NCBI GenBank assembly: GCA_963695225.1
Contig: OY968762.1
Coordinates: 1,888,001 to 1,952,000 of the forward strand
From: Vulcanimicrobiota bacterium
Lineage (GTDB): Bacteria; Vulcanimicrobiota; Vulcanimicrobiia; Vulcanimicrobiales; Vulcanimicrobiaceae
DNA: 64,000 nt
Reading direction: 5' to 3'
Under the pieces are notes generated by a model. The model did no database searches, was not told where the DNA came from, and saw nothing but the letters and a program-made list of their open reading frames with translations. The position numbers and the translations under genes are program-made. How positions within the stretch are numbered: the stretch's first letter is position 1; every line of letters begins with the position of its first letter. Of this stretch, positions 19,088 to 28,040 are shown piece after piece.

Positions 19088-20044
19088 TCACAAGTCCATA
19101 GTGCACGGGTCAGTCGGATGAGGCAACGCGGAGGGCGCAACCAGAAGCAGAACGACGATCGCGCCGGCCACGGCCAGAGCGGCCCCTCGTCTGCTCTTCT
19201 CAAATGGCCGGGTGAAGCCGCCTGTCACGAACGTTGCCGCTGCGACTAGGGCCACGACCGGAAATCCGAAAATCAGGAACAGGATGATGTTGCCGAGCCC
19301 GGACCCAACGGCCCTTACGGGTCCGCACATAGCGAACGCCGACCCGAAACTAAGGCAGCATGCGAAAACAAACAGAGTGATGACGGTCAGGAAAGCCTGA
19401 GGGAACGAGAACGTTTCCAGGCTTACCCGATGACGCATGACCGCCGTTGCAAAGACGATCAGGATCGCGACCGACGCGGCGATAAGGGCGAGGACCGGGA
19501 CCGGCAGCGGGGCGATAATGGCAAGGACCGGGACTGAAGAGAAGTCGTACGGCAAGCCCGAGCTGTCACGATAGCCGGTTCGCTCGCTCCCGGCGAGCCT
19601 GCTCACGACGCCGTTCGGCGCGATCTTTATGACGCCGCTTGCACCTGCGGCGTAGACGCTTCCGTCCCGCGCTGCCGCCACGCCGGATTCCCACAGATTC
19701 CCGGCGATGGTCGTCACGGTGCCGCTTGGCGCGATCCTGCGAATCCGGTTGTTGCCTTGATCCGCGACAAGGAGGCCGCCGCTCGAATCAAGCGCCACCT
19801 TGACGGGCCGATTGAATCGCGCTCGCGTACCGGCACCGTCCTGGTAGCCTTGAAGTTGGGGGCCGCCGCCGGCAACCGTCAGCACGACGCCGCTCGGCGT
19901 TATCTTTCGAATCGCACCGTTGCCGGAATCGGCGACATAGATGCTCCCGCTTGGATCGACAGCCACTCCCGCCGGGCCCGCAAAGAGCACGGTGGCCGCA
20001 GCACCGTCTCGAAAACCCCGGCCAGTCTCGTTTCCCCCAGCCAC
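19088..20044 (-). CDS. NHL-repeat protein with C-terminal TM helices, N-terminally truncated (possible pseudogene)
   Basis: PAGVAVDPSGSIYVADSGN, PVKVALDSSGGLLVADQGNNRIR repeats; repeat pattern continues upstream of the GTG until an in-frame stop. Confidence 0.6.
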   Translation of the reverse strand: MAGGNETGRGFRDGAAATVLFAGPAGVAVDPSGSIYVADSGNGAIRKITPSGVVLTVAGGGPQLQGYQDGAGTRARFNRPVKVALDSSGGLLVADQGNNRIRRIAPSGTVTTIAGNLWESGVAAARDGSVYAAGASGVIKIAPNGVVSRLAGSERTGYRDSSGLPYDFSSVPVLAIIAPLPVPVLALIAASVAILIVFATAVMRHRVSLETFSFPQAFLTVITLFVFACCLSFGSAFAMCGPVRAVGSGLGNIILFLIFGFPVVALVAAATFVTGGFTRPFEKSRRGAALAVAGAIVVLLLVAPSALPHPTDPCTMDL

Positions 20045-20243
20045 CGTTGTTACAACCCCGTCGTTCCGGCTCTGGCTTCAATGAGTGAATTCCTCGGTCG
20101 CAAGTGCAGCGGCTCCGCGAAGACGCCGAGTGAGCACTAGGCTTCACGAGGGCTTCCTTCGCGTGTTGACATCTCACGCCACCCAGAGCATCCCGACGAA
20201 CAACGGCGGCACCGTCCAAATCGGCTTAACCGGATTTCTCCGC

Positions 20244-20351
20244 TTAGAAGGCGGGCTTGAGGATCATGATGAGGATCAACATGCCTATCGGAACGAGTAC
20301 GAGGATCAGAGCAATTGCGCCAATGAACTTCGGGATGTCTCTGGGAAGCAA
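20244..20351 (-). CDS. 35-aa single-pass membrane peptide (MLPRDIPKFIGAIALILVLVPIGMLILIMILKPAF)
   Basis: AAGGAGG SD 7 nt before TTG; long hydrophobic stretch; TAA stop; below ORF-track length cutoff. Confidence 0.6.
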   Translation of the reverse strand: MLPRDIPKFIGAIALILVLVPIGMLILIMILKPAF

Positions 20352-21131
20352 TTACTGGCCTCCTTGTCTGTCACGGCTTTGTCCTTACCTGGGATTCCCC
20401 ATATGGGCATCCTGTTAGAGCAAGCGCAGCGTGATTCCGGCCGGGGCTAACGCACGTCGGCGAATGGGGGACAGCCGATTTTGTCCTGATGGAAGCACCC
20501 AGGGGCCCCGCTCTCCGTTGCAGGCGGGCTTCTTGGGACTTTGTTGCTTATTGAACGGATTCGACGAGGCTATCCATAAGCTTCGGGCGGAACGTCGGCT
20601 CGATGCCGTAGCCCTCATCTGTCAGCGGCGTGGCGCGGCGCGAGCGGTCTCAGACGAGCGGTCTGGGCGCTCCGAACTACCTAGGAAGTCGTCGCATTCT
20701 GTGTTCGCGCTGCTCCCGCGTCAGCAATCGCGAGCGGGTTCCCGAAAAGTACTTCAGCATCAGAGTCCATACTGCATGAACGGATTTGGTTCTGTAGTCT
20801 GCTGAGTCACCGGGTTGTTGCGCAGGCGGCGTTATTGTCGCCGGCATTGGCCAACTGGTTGCGACTTGCACGCAGTCACCCGGATCTCGCCGGAGGACAC
20901 CTTCCCGCGAAGATCCGGGGCAAGAAGTCGCTCGCATGGATTCCAAGCATGACCGGGATGCGTTTACACGCACGAACCGGGGCTGAGCCTCGTCCTGCCC
21001 GCGCCCATGACTGAAGCCGATCCTCGCCGATCGTATCCTCACGCCGAGCCGAGCGTGTGGTTCAGGCTCGATGGGACTGGACGATCTCTTCGCAAGGCCT
21101 CGCCTACGCAAGCCCTCGGGACCGGAAATTA

Positions 21132-21150
21132 CAAAAACTCGCAGTTTTTG
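21132..21150 (-). terminator. Possible terminator hairpin downstream of tRNA-Leu
   Basis: CAAAAACT-gcg-AGTTTTTG stem (AT-rich, weak). Confidence 0.35.
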
Positions 21151-21176
21151 CAATTGAACACATACGTCATACGTCA

Positions 21177-21260
21177 TGCCCAGGAAGGGACTCGAACCCC
21201 CACCCCCTTGCGAGGACTGGTACCTGAAACCAGCGCGTCTACCAATTCCGCCACCAGGGC
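21177..21260 (-). tRNA. tRNA-Leu (anticodon CAG), CCA not encoded
   Basis: GCCCTGGTGGCGGAATTGGTAGACGCGCTGGT-TTCAGGT-ACCAG, long variable arm, GGTTCGAGTCC T-arm, discriminator A. Confidence 0.97.
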
Positions 21261-21347
21261 AAGACTCGAGCCGTTTCGCTCCCGGCCTGCACGACGCCTC
21301 GTGACTCTGCAACCACCGGTTCTCCCCGCGCGGTTGGAGGGACACCC

Positions 21348-22304
21348 ATGCTCACCGCGATCTCCGACGACGCCGAACTCCTTGATGCCTACTCGCGGGC
21401 CGTCACGGCCGCGGTCGAACGGGCCTCACCTTCGGTCGTCAAGCTCGACGTTTCGCGCGGCTCGCACGGCGGAAGCGGCTCCGGCTTCGTCTTGACGCCG
21501 GACGGGTTCATCGTGACGAACAGCCACGTCGTGCACGGAGCGCGCGAGGTCGGGGTGCGCTTGCTCGACGGACGGATGCTCGAGGCGACGCTCGTCGGAG
21601 ACGATCCCGATAGCGATCTCGCGGTCGTGCGGGTCTCGGCGAGCGACCTGCCGAGCGTCGAACTCGGCGACTCGTCGGCGATCAGGCCCGGGCAACTCGC
21701 AATCGCGCTCGGCAACCCTTACGGGCTGCAAACGACCGTGACGGCCGGTGTCGTCAGCGCGCTCGGGCGAACGCTGCGCTCGCAGTCGGGGCGCCTGATC
21801 GACAACGTCATCCAGACCGACGCGGCGCTGAATCCGGGGAATTCCGGCGGCCCGCTCGTCGGCTCGCGCGGCGAGGTGATCGGCGTGAACGCCGCCGTGT
21901 TCTCGCATGCGCAGGGCATCTGCTTCGCGATCGCCGTCAACACGGCCAAACACGTCGTCGCCGCGTTGATGCGGGACGGGAAGGTCCGCCGCGGGTATCT
22001 CGGCCTCGCCGGGCAAGACGTCGAGATTCCTCGCCGTCTCGTGCGCGAATTCGCGCTCGCCGCCGGGCGCGGCGTCCTGGTCCTCTCCGTCGAGCGCTCG
22101 AGCCCCGCGGCCGCGGCCGGCCTCGACGAAGGCGACATCCTCGTCGCCTTCGCGGGACGCACGATCGATTCGCTCGACGAACTCCACCGCATCCTCACGG
22201 ACCATCCGATCGGGAAGGCCGGCGAAGTGACGGTCCTGCGCCGCTACCGGCCGCTCGGCCTCACGCTCGTTCCGGCGGAAGCGCCGCCGCGCGTCCTCAA
22301 TTGA
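21348..22304 (+). CDS. HtrA/DegS-like trypsin serine protease with PDZ domain (no signal peptide)
   Basis: GSGSGF, TNSHVV, DLAV, IQTDAALNPGNSGGPL, PDZ. Confidence 0.93.
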   Translation: MLTAISDDAELLDAYSRAVTAAVERASPSVVKLDVSRGSHGGSGSGFVLTPDGFIVTNSHVVHGAREVGVRLLDGRMLEATLVGDDPDSDLAVVRVSASDLPSVELGDSSAIRPGQLAIALGNPYGLQTTVTAGVVSALGRTLRSQSGRLIDNVIQTDAALNPGNSGGPLVGSRGEVIGVNAAVFSHAQGICFAIAVNTAKHVVAALMRDGKVRRGYLGLAGQDVEIPRRLVREFALAAGRGVLVLSVERSSPAAAAGLDEGDILVAFAGRTIDSLDELHRILTDHPIGKAGEVTVLRRYRPLGLTLVPAEAPPRVLN

Positions 22305-22361
22305 GATCGCACGGCGGCCGATGACCGGAAGTAACCACGCTCGCAAGGAGTCCCCAACACC

Positions 22362-23285
22362 GTGAACGTTTTGCTCATCGGCGCGACCGGCTACATCGGC
22401 ACGGGCATCGACGAGGCGCTGCGCGCTCGAGGCCACCACACGATCGGCGTCGCCCGGAGCGAGGATGCGAAGGCGAGGCTCGCCGCACGCGGCACCACGA
22501 GCGTCGAGGCCGACCTCGAGAACCCGCACTCGATCGTGGCCGCCAGCCGCAACGCGGACGCGGTGATCTGGGCGGCGCAGGTGACGGACGACGAAACGTT
22601 CCGCGTGGAATCGAACGCGCTACGCGCGCTCGCCGCGGCGCTCGAGCGGACCGGCAAGACGTTCGTCTACTGCAGCGGTTGCTGGGTCTACGGCGACACC
22701 GGGAACGCCGTCGCCGACGAAACGTTCCCGTTGAATCCGGCCGAACTCGTCGCCCGGCGCCCGCAACTCGAGCAGATCGTGCTCGACACCGCGGCGCACG
22801 GCGTCCGCGCGATCGTCGTTCGCCCCGGTCTCGTCTACGGACGCGGCGCGGGCGTCCCGGCGATGCTCGTCGAGTCGGCGCGCGAACGGAAGGCGGCGAC
22901 GATCGTGGGCGACGGCACGAACCACTGGCCGGTCGTCGAAGTCGGGGACCTCGGCGACCTCTTCGCGCTCGCCGCCGAGAAGGCGGCGCCCGGGAGCATC
23001 TACAACGGGACCGACGACACGGCGTTCACGGTCCGTGAAATCGCCGAGGCGGCGAGCCGCGGAGCCGGCGCCGGCGGCACGACGACCCTGATGCCGCGCG
23101 AAACGGCGATCGGCGTCCTGGGCGAGTTCGGCGACGCGCTGATGCTCGACCAGCGCCTCACCTCGCAGAAGGCGCGCAAGGAACTCGGCTGGGCGCCGAA
23201 AGCGGCCTCGATCCTCGAGGATATCGAACGCGGTTCCTATACGGCGGCGAACGTCGCCTCCGAGGTCCTCACGGGCGAAGACTGA
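22362..23285 (+). CDS. NAD-dependent epimerase/dehydratase family protein
   Basis: GATGYIG, SGCWVYG, RPGLVYG. Confidence 0.88.
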   Translation: MNVLLIGATGYIGTGIDEALRARGHHTIGVARSEDAKARLAARGTTSVEADLENPHSIVAASRNADAVIWAAQVTDDETFRVESNALRALAAALERTGKTFVYCSGCWVYGDTGNAVADETFPLNPAELVARRPQLEQIVLDTAAHGVRAIVVRPGLVYGRGAGVPAMLVESARERKAATIVGDGTNHWPVVEVGDLGDLFALAAEKAAPGSIYNGTDDTAFTVREIAEAASRGAGAGGTTTLMPRETAIGVLGEFGDALMLDQRLTSQKARKELGWAPKAASILEDIERGSYTAANVASEVLTGED

Positions 23286-23293
23286 CGCCCGCT

Positions 23294-24277
23294 TCAGCCG
23301 ATCCGGACGACGACGCGCCCCTTCGTCCTCCCCGCCGTGATCTCGTCGCTGAGCTGCTGAACCTCGCCCAGCGGCGCAACGCGGATGATCTTCTCGAGGA
23401 GATCTTTCGGGAGAGCGCCGCGCAGCCGCTTCCAGATGACTTCGCGGCGTGCCCTTGGGAGTTGCACGCTCTCGATGCCGACCAGCTGCACCGCGCGCAA
23501 GATGAACGGGAAGACCGTCGCCTTGAACTCGGCGCCGCCCGTCAAACCGACGGAGGCGACCGTCGCACCGTAGCGCATCGAGGGCAAGAGCCCGGCGAGC
23601 GTGTCGCCGCCGACGTTGTCGATCGCCCCGCCCCACTTCTCCGCTTCGAGAGGCCGCTTCGGGGAAGAAAGCTCGCTGCGTTCGATCACTTCGCTCGCGC
23701 CGATCTCCTTGAGGTACTCCGCGAGTTCCGGACGCCCGGTCGAAGCGACGACCCGATACCCGAGCTTCCCGAGAATTGCGACCGCGAGACTCCCGACGCC
23801 GCCGGCCGCGCCGGTCACGACGATCGGATGCTCCTCTTTCGCGCCGCGCTCTTCGAGCGTGAGGACGCACTGCATCGCCGTGACGCCGGCGACGCCGATC
23901 CCCATCGCCTCTTGCGCCGTGAAACCTTCGGGATGCGCTTCGAGCCATTCCGGCTTGACCCGCGCGAACTTCGAATACCCGCCCCAGAAGCGTTCGCCGA
24001 CGCCCCAGCCGCCGAGGACGACCCGGTCCCCGGGTTTCCAGGCGGGAGAGCGCGACTCGATCACCGTGCCGGCGAATTCGATCCCGGGGACGAGCGGGAA
24101 CTTGCGGACGATGCTGACGGAGCCTTGCACGGCGAGCCCGTCCTTATAGTTGAGGCCCGAATATTCGATCTCGACGAGGACGTCTTCGTCGGGCAACTCG
24201 GCGTGCGAGACGCGCCGGATGACGGTCCTGATCCCGGACTCGTCCTTCTCGACGACGATCGCTTCAAAGTCGGACAC
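23294..24277 (-). CDS. YhdH/AcuI family MDR oxidoreductase (acryloyl-CoA reductase-like)
   Basis: YSGLNYKDGLA, GWGVGE, TGAAGGVGS, STGRPE, FPFILRAVQL. Confidence 0.88.
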   Translation of the reverse strand: MSDFEAIVVEKDESGIRTVIRRVSHAELPDEDVLVEIEYSGLNYKDGLAVQGSVSIVRKFPLVPGIEFAGTVIESRSPAWKPGDRVVLGGWGVGERFWGGYSKFARVKPEWLEAHPEGFTAQEAMGIGVAGVTAMQCVLTLEERGAKEEHPIVVTGAAGGVGSLAVAILGKLGYRVVASTGRPELAEYLKEIGASEVIERSELSSPKRPLEAEKWGGAIDNVGGDTLAGLLPSMRYGATVASVGLTGGAEFKATVFPFILRAVQLVGIESVQLPRARREVIWKRLRGALPKDLLEKIIRVAPLGEVQQLSDEITAGRTKGRVVVRIG

Positions 24278-24358
24278 GCGGTACTCCTCACGTAGTTCTT
24301 CCGCGCACGTTGCGACGCAGGCTCGACGAATTCGGCGAACCCGCGTCGATACCGCTCG

Positions 24359-25321
24359 CTATGCGATCGCCTGCAGCGGGCGGCGGCGAAGGTGCTGCAC
24401 CGTATACCCGATGCCGTCGTGGTAGGACGTCTTCGCAACCTGCCCGAGAAGCGCGCGCAGGCGCGAATCGTCGAGATTGACGGGACTGCTCTGCAAGTAG
24501 CTCATCTCGACGAGTTCGCGCATGAGCGGATTGAAATAGCCGAGCGCCGTCAGCATCGTGCGGTTCGCCGGGAGCAGCCGCGGCTTCGTCGCGGCCGAGC
24601 GGAAGACGTGCGTCGCAAAATCGCGGACGCTGATCAGCGCAGGCCCTGCGAGGTTCCAATGCGCGCCCCAGAAGGCGTCTTTCGCGATCGCATCGAGGAT
24701 GACGGGGCCGACGTCCGGCGTGTAGACGAACTCGTGCGGCGTATCGATCGGGGCGAGGACGTTCGCGATCTTCCCCGCCATGGCCGCCGCGAAGATCTGG
24801 TACGAGAGGCTCCCTTCGGCGTCGGGACCGTAGAAGTCGGGGAGGTGCAGGACGGCGCCGCGGATTCGGCCCGCGGTATGCGCCTCGAGGAGCAGGTCCT
24901 CTTGCTCCTTGCGGAACCGGCCTTTGCGGCTCGGCGGCGTCCGCGGGTAGGCCTCGTCGACGAGGCCGCCCGTCCCGGCGGCGTACGCGTACACGTTCGA
25001 AACGAGCAGGAGGGAGCGCACGCCCTCGGCTTGCGCCGCTTCCAGCGCCGTTCGCATCATCTGCGGGTGCAGCTCGAAATGGTCGTAGGGGACGCCGACC
25101 GTGTAGACGATCGTCTCGGCGCCGCGGGCCGCCCGCCGCGCCGACTCGAGATCCGTGAGGTCCGCGCCGACGAGTTCGTGCGGCGTTTCGAGGCGCCCGA
25201 ACGCATGCGAAAGCCGGGTCGTCGAACGGCCGACGGCGCGAAACGGGATATTCCGAGTTTCAAGTTCCGCGGCGACCGAACGTCCGATCGCGCCGGCTGC
25301 ACCGAAGATCGCAATCGACAT
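24359..25321 (-). CDS. NAD-dependent epimerase/dehydratase family protein
   Basis: FGAAGAIG, NVYAY, KGRFRKEQE, LPDFYGP. Confidence 0.85.
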   Translation of the reverse strand: MSIAIFGAAGAIGRSVAAELETRNIPFRAVGRSTTRLSHAFGRLETPHELVGADLTDLESARRAARGAETIVYTVGVPYDHFELHPQMMRTALEAAQAEGVRSLLLVSNVYAYAAGTGGLVDEAYPRTPPSRKGRFRKEQEDLLLEAHTAGRIRGAVLHLPDFYGPDAEGSLSYQIFAAAMAGKIANVLAPIDTPHEFVYTPDVGPVILDAIAKDAFWGAHWNLAGPALISVRDFATHVFRSAATKPRLLPANRTMLTALGYFNPLMRELVEMSYLQSSPVNLDDSRLRALLGQVAKTSYHDGIGYTVQHLRRRPLQAIA

Positions 25322-25587
25322 CGAGTTCTTTCCTCCGGGGGAAACGGCCGTCGAACCAGGTTTGCAAGTCGAGTTCCCGTTCCGGCCGGCCTTTACTCGG
25401 AGAAACGCGCCGGAACGCCGCCGGCGTTGCAGGCGTCGGAGAATTGATCCCCGCGAGCGGGCGCGCCGCGGGCGAACGTACCCGCTCGGCGAACGAGGCG
25501 GAGACCGGAAGCGCCCCACGAGGTCCCCGAATGACCGTTTCCCTTCCGAGCTCGCAGCGAGCCGTCGTCATCACGGGCCGCTAGGGC

Positions 25588-26748
25588 GTGTTCGCGAGGT
25601 TGCTCCCGATCCTCGGGATCACGTTCATCGACATCCTGGGATTCAGCATCCTGATCCCGATCTTGCCGTATTTCGTCGAGCACTTCGGCGCCTCGGACGT
25701 CGTCGTCGGGGTCCTGTTCTCGACCTACGCGCTCTGCCAGCTGATCGGCGGCCCGATCTGGGGGAACGTCAGCGACCGGATCGGGCGCAAGGCCGTGCTG
25801 ATCATCAGCCAGATCGGAGCGACGATCGGCTGGCTCATGCTCGCGTTCGCGCCGAACATCGTCGTCGTCTTCATCGCGCGCATCATCGAAGGGCTTGCCG
25901 GCGGGAACATCAGCGTCACGCAGGCGTACGTCGCCGATCGCGTCGAGGCGCATCAGCGTGCTCGCGCGTTCGGCTACGTCGGCGCGTCGTTCAGCGCGGG
26001 GCTCGTGATCGGCCCCGCCGCGGGCGGCTGGCTCCTAGGGAAGTACGGATTCTCGACGCCGTTCCTGCTCGCAGCGGGATTGCAACTGTGCACGGTGCTC
26101 GCGACGATCTTCTTCCTGCCCGAGAGCACGGCAAAGAAGGGGGAGGGCGAGGAAAGCGCCCGGCTCGCGGACATCCCGCGCTACCTGCGCGAGCCCGGCG
26201 TTTCGCCCGTCCTCATCCAGAAGTTCGCGTACGCGCTCGGCCTGTACGCGTGGTTCGCCGCGTTCGCGCTCGTGCTCAAGGCGCTGCTCGGATTCGACGC
26301 GTCGCAGGCGAGCTATTTCTTCGCCGCGTTCGGATTCGCGAGCGTCGTGATCCAGCTCGGACTCGTCGGCCGGCTGACCGAACGCATCGGCGTGCGCCGG
26401 GCCTCGAACGTCGGCTTCGCAAGCGCGGTCGCGTTCTTCGCGACGATCTCGTTCGCGCAGGGTCTCGTCGCGCTCGGCGCGACGATGCTTCTGTTCGCGC
26501 TCGGCCTCTCCCTGACGAACGCAACGATCGCGACGCTCCTGACGGATGCCGCTCCGCCGAACGCGCGCGGCACCGTCCTCGGCGTCGGTTCGTCGCTCGA
26601 GAGCATCGCCGGCGTCATCATGCCGACGGTCTCGACCGCCGCGCTCAGCTTGTACGGCGTCGGAGCTTGCGCGGCTGTCTCCGGCGTTTTCTGCGCGATC
26701 GCGCTCGCGCTCGGACTGGGCGCACGCCCCCAGGAGAAGCTCGCATGA
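25588..26748 (+). CDS. MFS transporter (TetA/DHA1-like)
   Basis: GNVSDRIGRK motif A, GGNISVTQAYVAD, ~12 TM. Confidence 0.92.
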   Translation: MFARLLPILGITFIDILGFSILIPILPYFVEHFGASDVVVGVLFSTYALCQLIGGPIWGNVSDRIGRKAVLIISQIGATIGWLMLAFAPNIVVVFIARIIEGLAGGNISVTQAYVADRVEAHQRARAFGYVGASFSAGLVIGPAAGGWLLGKYGFSTPFLLAAGLQLCTVLATIFFLPESTAKKGEGEESARLADIPRYLREPGVSPVLIQKFAYALGLYAWFAAFALVLKALLGFDASQASYFFAAFGFASVVIQLGLVGRLTERIGVRRASNVGFASAVAFFATISFAQGLVALGATMLLFALGLSLTNATIATLLTDAAPPNARGTVLGVGSSLESIAGVIMPTVSTAALSLYGVGACAAVSGVFCAIALALGLGARPQEKLA

Positions 26749-27068
26749 AGAACCTTTATGCAGCGCTCGCCGTCGCCGGATTCTTCGCGCCGATCCTCAC
26801 GAGCGTGCCGTTCTCCCTGCAGCACGGCGCCGACCTCGGCCCCTTCCTAGCGCAATTCGCCGGAAGCGACGGCGCCCGGCTGCTGCTTGCCGACCTGTTC
26901 GTCTCCTCGCTCGCGTTCTGGGCATTCTTGTTCCCGGAGGCGCGCCGCGTGGGGATCCGCGGTCCCGGCTGGTTCGTCGCTGCGAATCTCGCGATCGGGC
27001 TGTGCTTCGCGCTGCCGTTGTTCCTCTACGTTCGCGCGCGGGCGCTGGAACGGCAGGCCCTCCGATGA
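26745..27068 (+). CDS. DUF2834-like membrane protein
   Basis: ADL...EARRVG...IGLCFALPLFLYVR; translationally coupled on both sides. Confidence 0.75.
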   Translation: MKNLYAALAVAGFFAPILTSVPFSLQHGADLGPFLAQFAGSDGARLLLADLFVSSLAFWAFLFPEARRVGIRGPGWFVAANLAIGLCFALPLFLYVRARALERQALR

Positions 27069-28036
27069 CGGGCGTGGAGTTCGCGCAAACTTCGGCGCCC
27101 GCGCCGGGTCAGACGAGCGTGGAAGCAGCGATCGAGGTCCAAGACCTCGTCAAGCGCTACGGAGACGTCGCCGCCGTCGCCGGCGTCAGCTTCTCCGTAC
27201 CCCGGGGGACGATCTTCGGCTTGCTCGGCCGAAACGGCGCGGGGAAGACGACGACGCTCGAATGTTGCATCGGGATCGGCGCGCCGACGTCCGGTTCCAT
27301 CCGAATCCTCGGCCTCGACCCGACGAAGCGCCGCGATCTCGCGCGCCTGCGCCCGCGCATCGGAGTGCAATTGCAGGCGACGTCGCTTCCCGAGAAGGCG
27401 AGCGTCGGGGAAGTCCTCGACCTCTACGCCGCCTATTACAGCCTCGTTCCGCAAGCTGCGGAGATGGCGCGGCGCGTCGGTCTCGAGGGGAAGCTCGACC
27501 GCCAAATCGCGCAGATGTCGGGCGGAGAGCAGCAACGCCTCGCGCTCGCGCTCGCGCTGCAACACGATCCGGAAGTCTTGTTCCTCGACGAGCCGACGGC
27601 CGGTATGGACGCGTTCGGCCGGCGGATCCTCTGGGGCGAGGTCGAGCGCCTGCGCGACGCCGGGAAGACGATCGTGCTCACGACGCACTACATCGAAGAG
27701 GCGGAACGGCTCTGCGATTGCATCTGCGTCGTGCAGAGCGGGAAGATCGTCGCGCAGGATACGCCCGCGAACCTCGTCGCGCGCTACGGCGGCGAGGCGA
27801 CCGTCTGCATCGCCGCCGATGGTTTTTCGCCGGACGTCGGCTTGACGGCGCTCGGCACCTGGACGAAGGACAAGGACGAGTGGACGCTCGTGACGCGCAA
27901 CGAGCCCGGGCTCGCGCTCGCTTCGGTCGTCACTCGGGCGAACGAGCTCGGCGCGAAGATCGGCTCGCTCGACATGCACCGCCCGCAGCTCGAGGATGCG
28001 TTCATCGCGATCACGGGCGAGACGATCGGAGATTGA
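27065..28036 (+). CDS. ABC-2 type exporter ATP-binding subunit
   Basis: GRNGAGKTT, MSGGEQQR, LFLDEPT, TTHYIEEAE. Confidence 0.95.
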   Translation: MTGVEFAQTSAPAPGQTSVEAAIEVQDLVKRYGDVAAVAGVSFSVPRGTIFGLLGRNGAGKTTTLECCIGIGAPTSGSIRILGLDPTKRRDLARLRPRIGVQLQATSLPEKASVGEVLDLYAAYYSLVPQAAEMARRVGLEGKLDRQIAQMSGGEQQRLALALALQHDPEVLFLDEPTAGMDAFGRRILWGEVERLRDAGKTIVLTTHYIEEAERLCDCICVVQSGKIVAQDTPANLVARYGGEATVCIAADGFSPDVGLTALGTWTKDKDEWTLVTRNEPGLALASVVTRANELGAKIGSLDMHRPQLEDAFIAITGETIGD

Positions 28037-28040
28037 ACGG

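Larger units (their letters stand above)
17070..21176. mobile_element. Degenerate genomic islet at tRNA-Leu 3' end (boundaries approximate, no integrase seen)
   Basis: Visible drop in GC and change in codon usage, TA locus, gene fragments, flanked by tRNA 3' end. Confidence 0.6.

Noticed and set aside
20085..21495. ORF-track entries 20085-20450, 20431-20805, 20677-21345, 21007-21495
   Set aside because: No recognisable motifs or RBS; two overlap the tRNA and one is antisense to the better-supported 35-aa peptide
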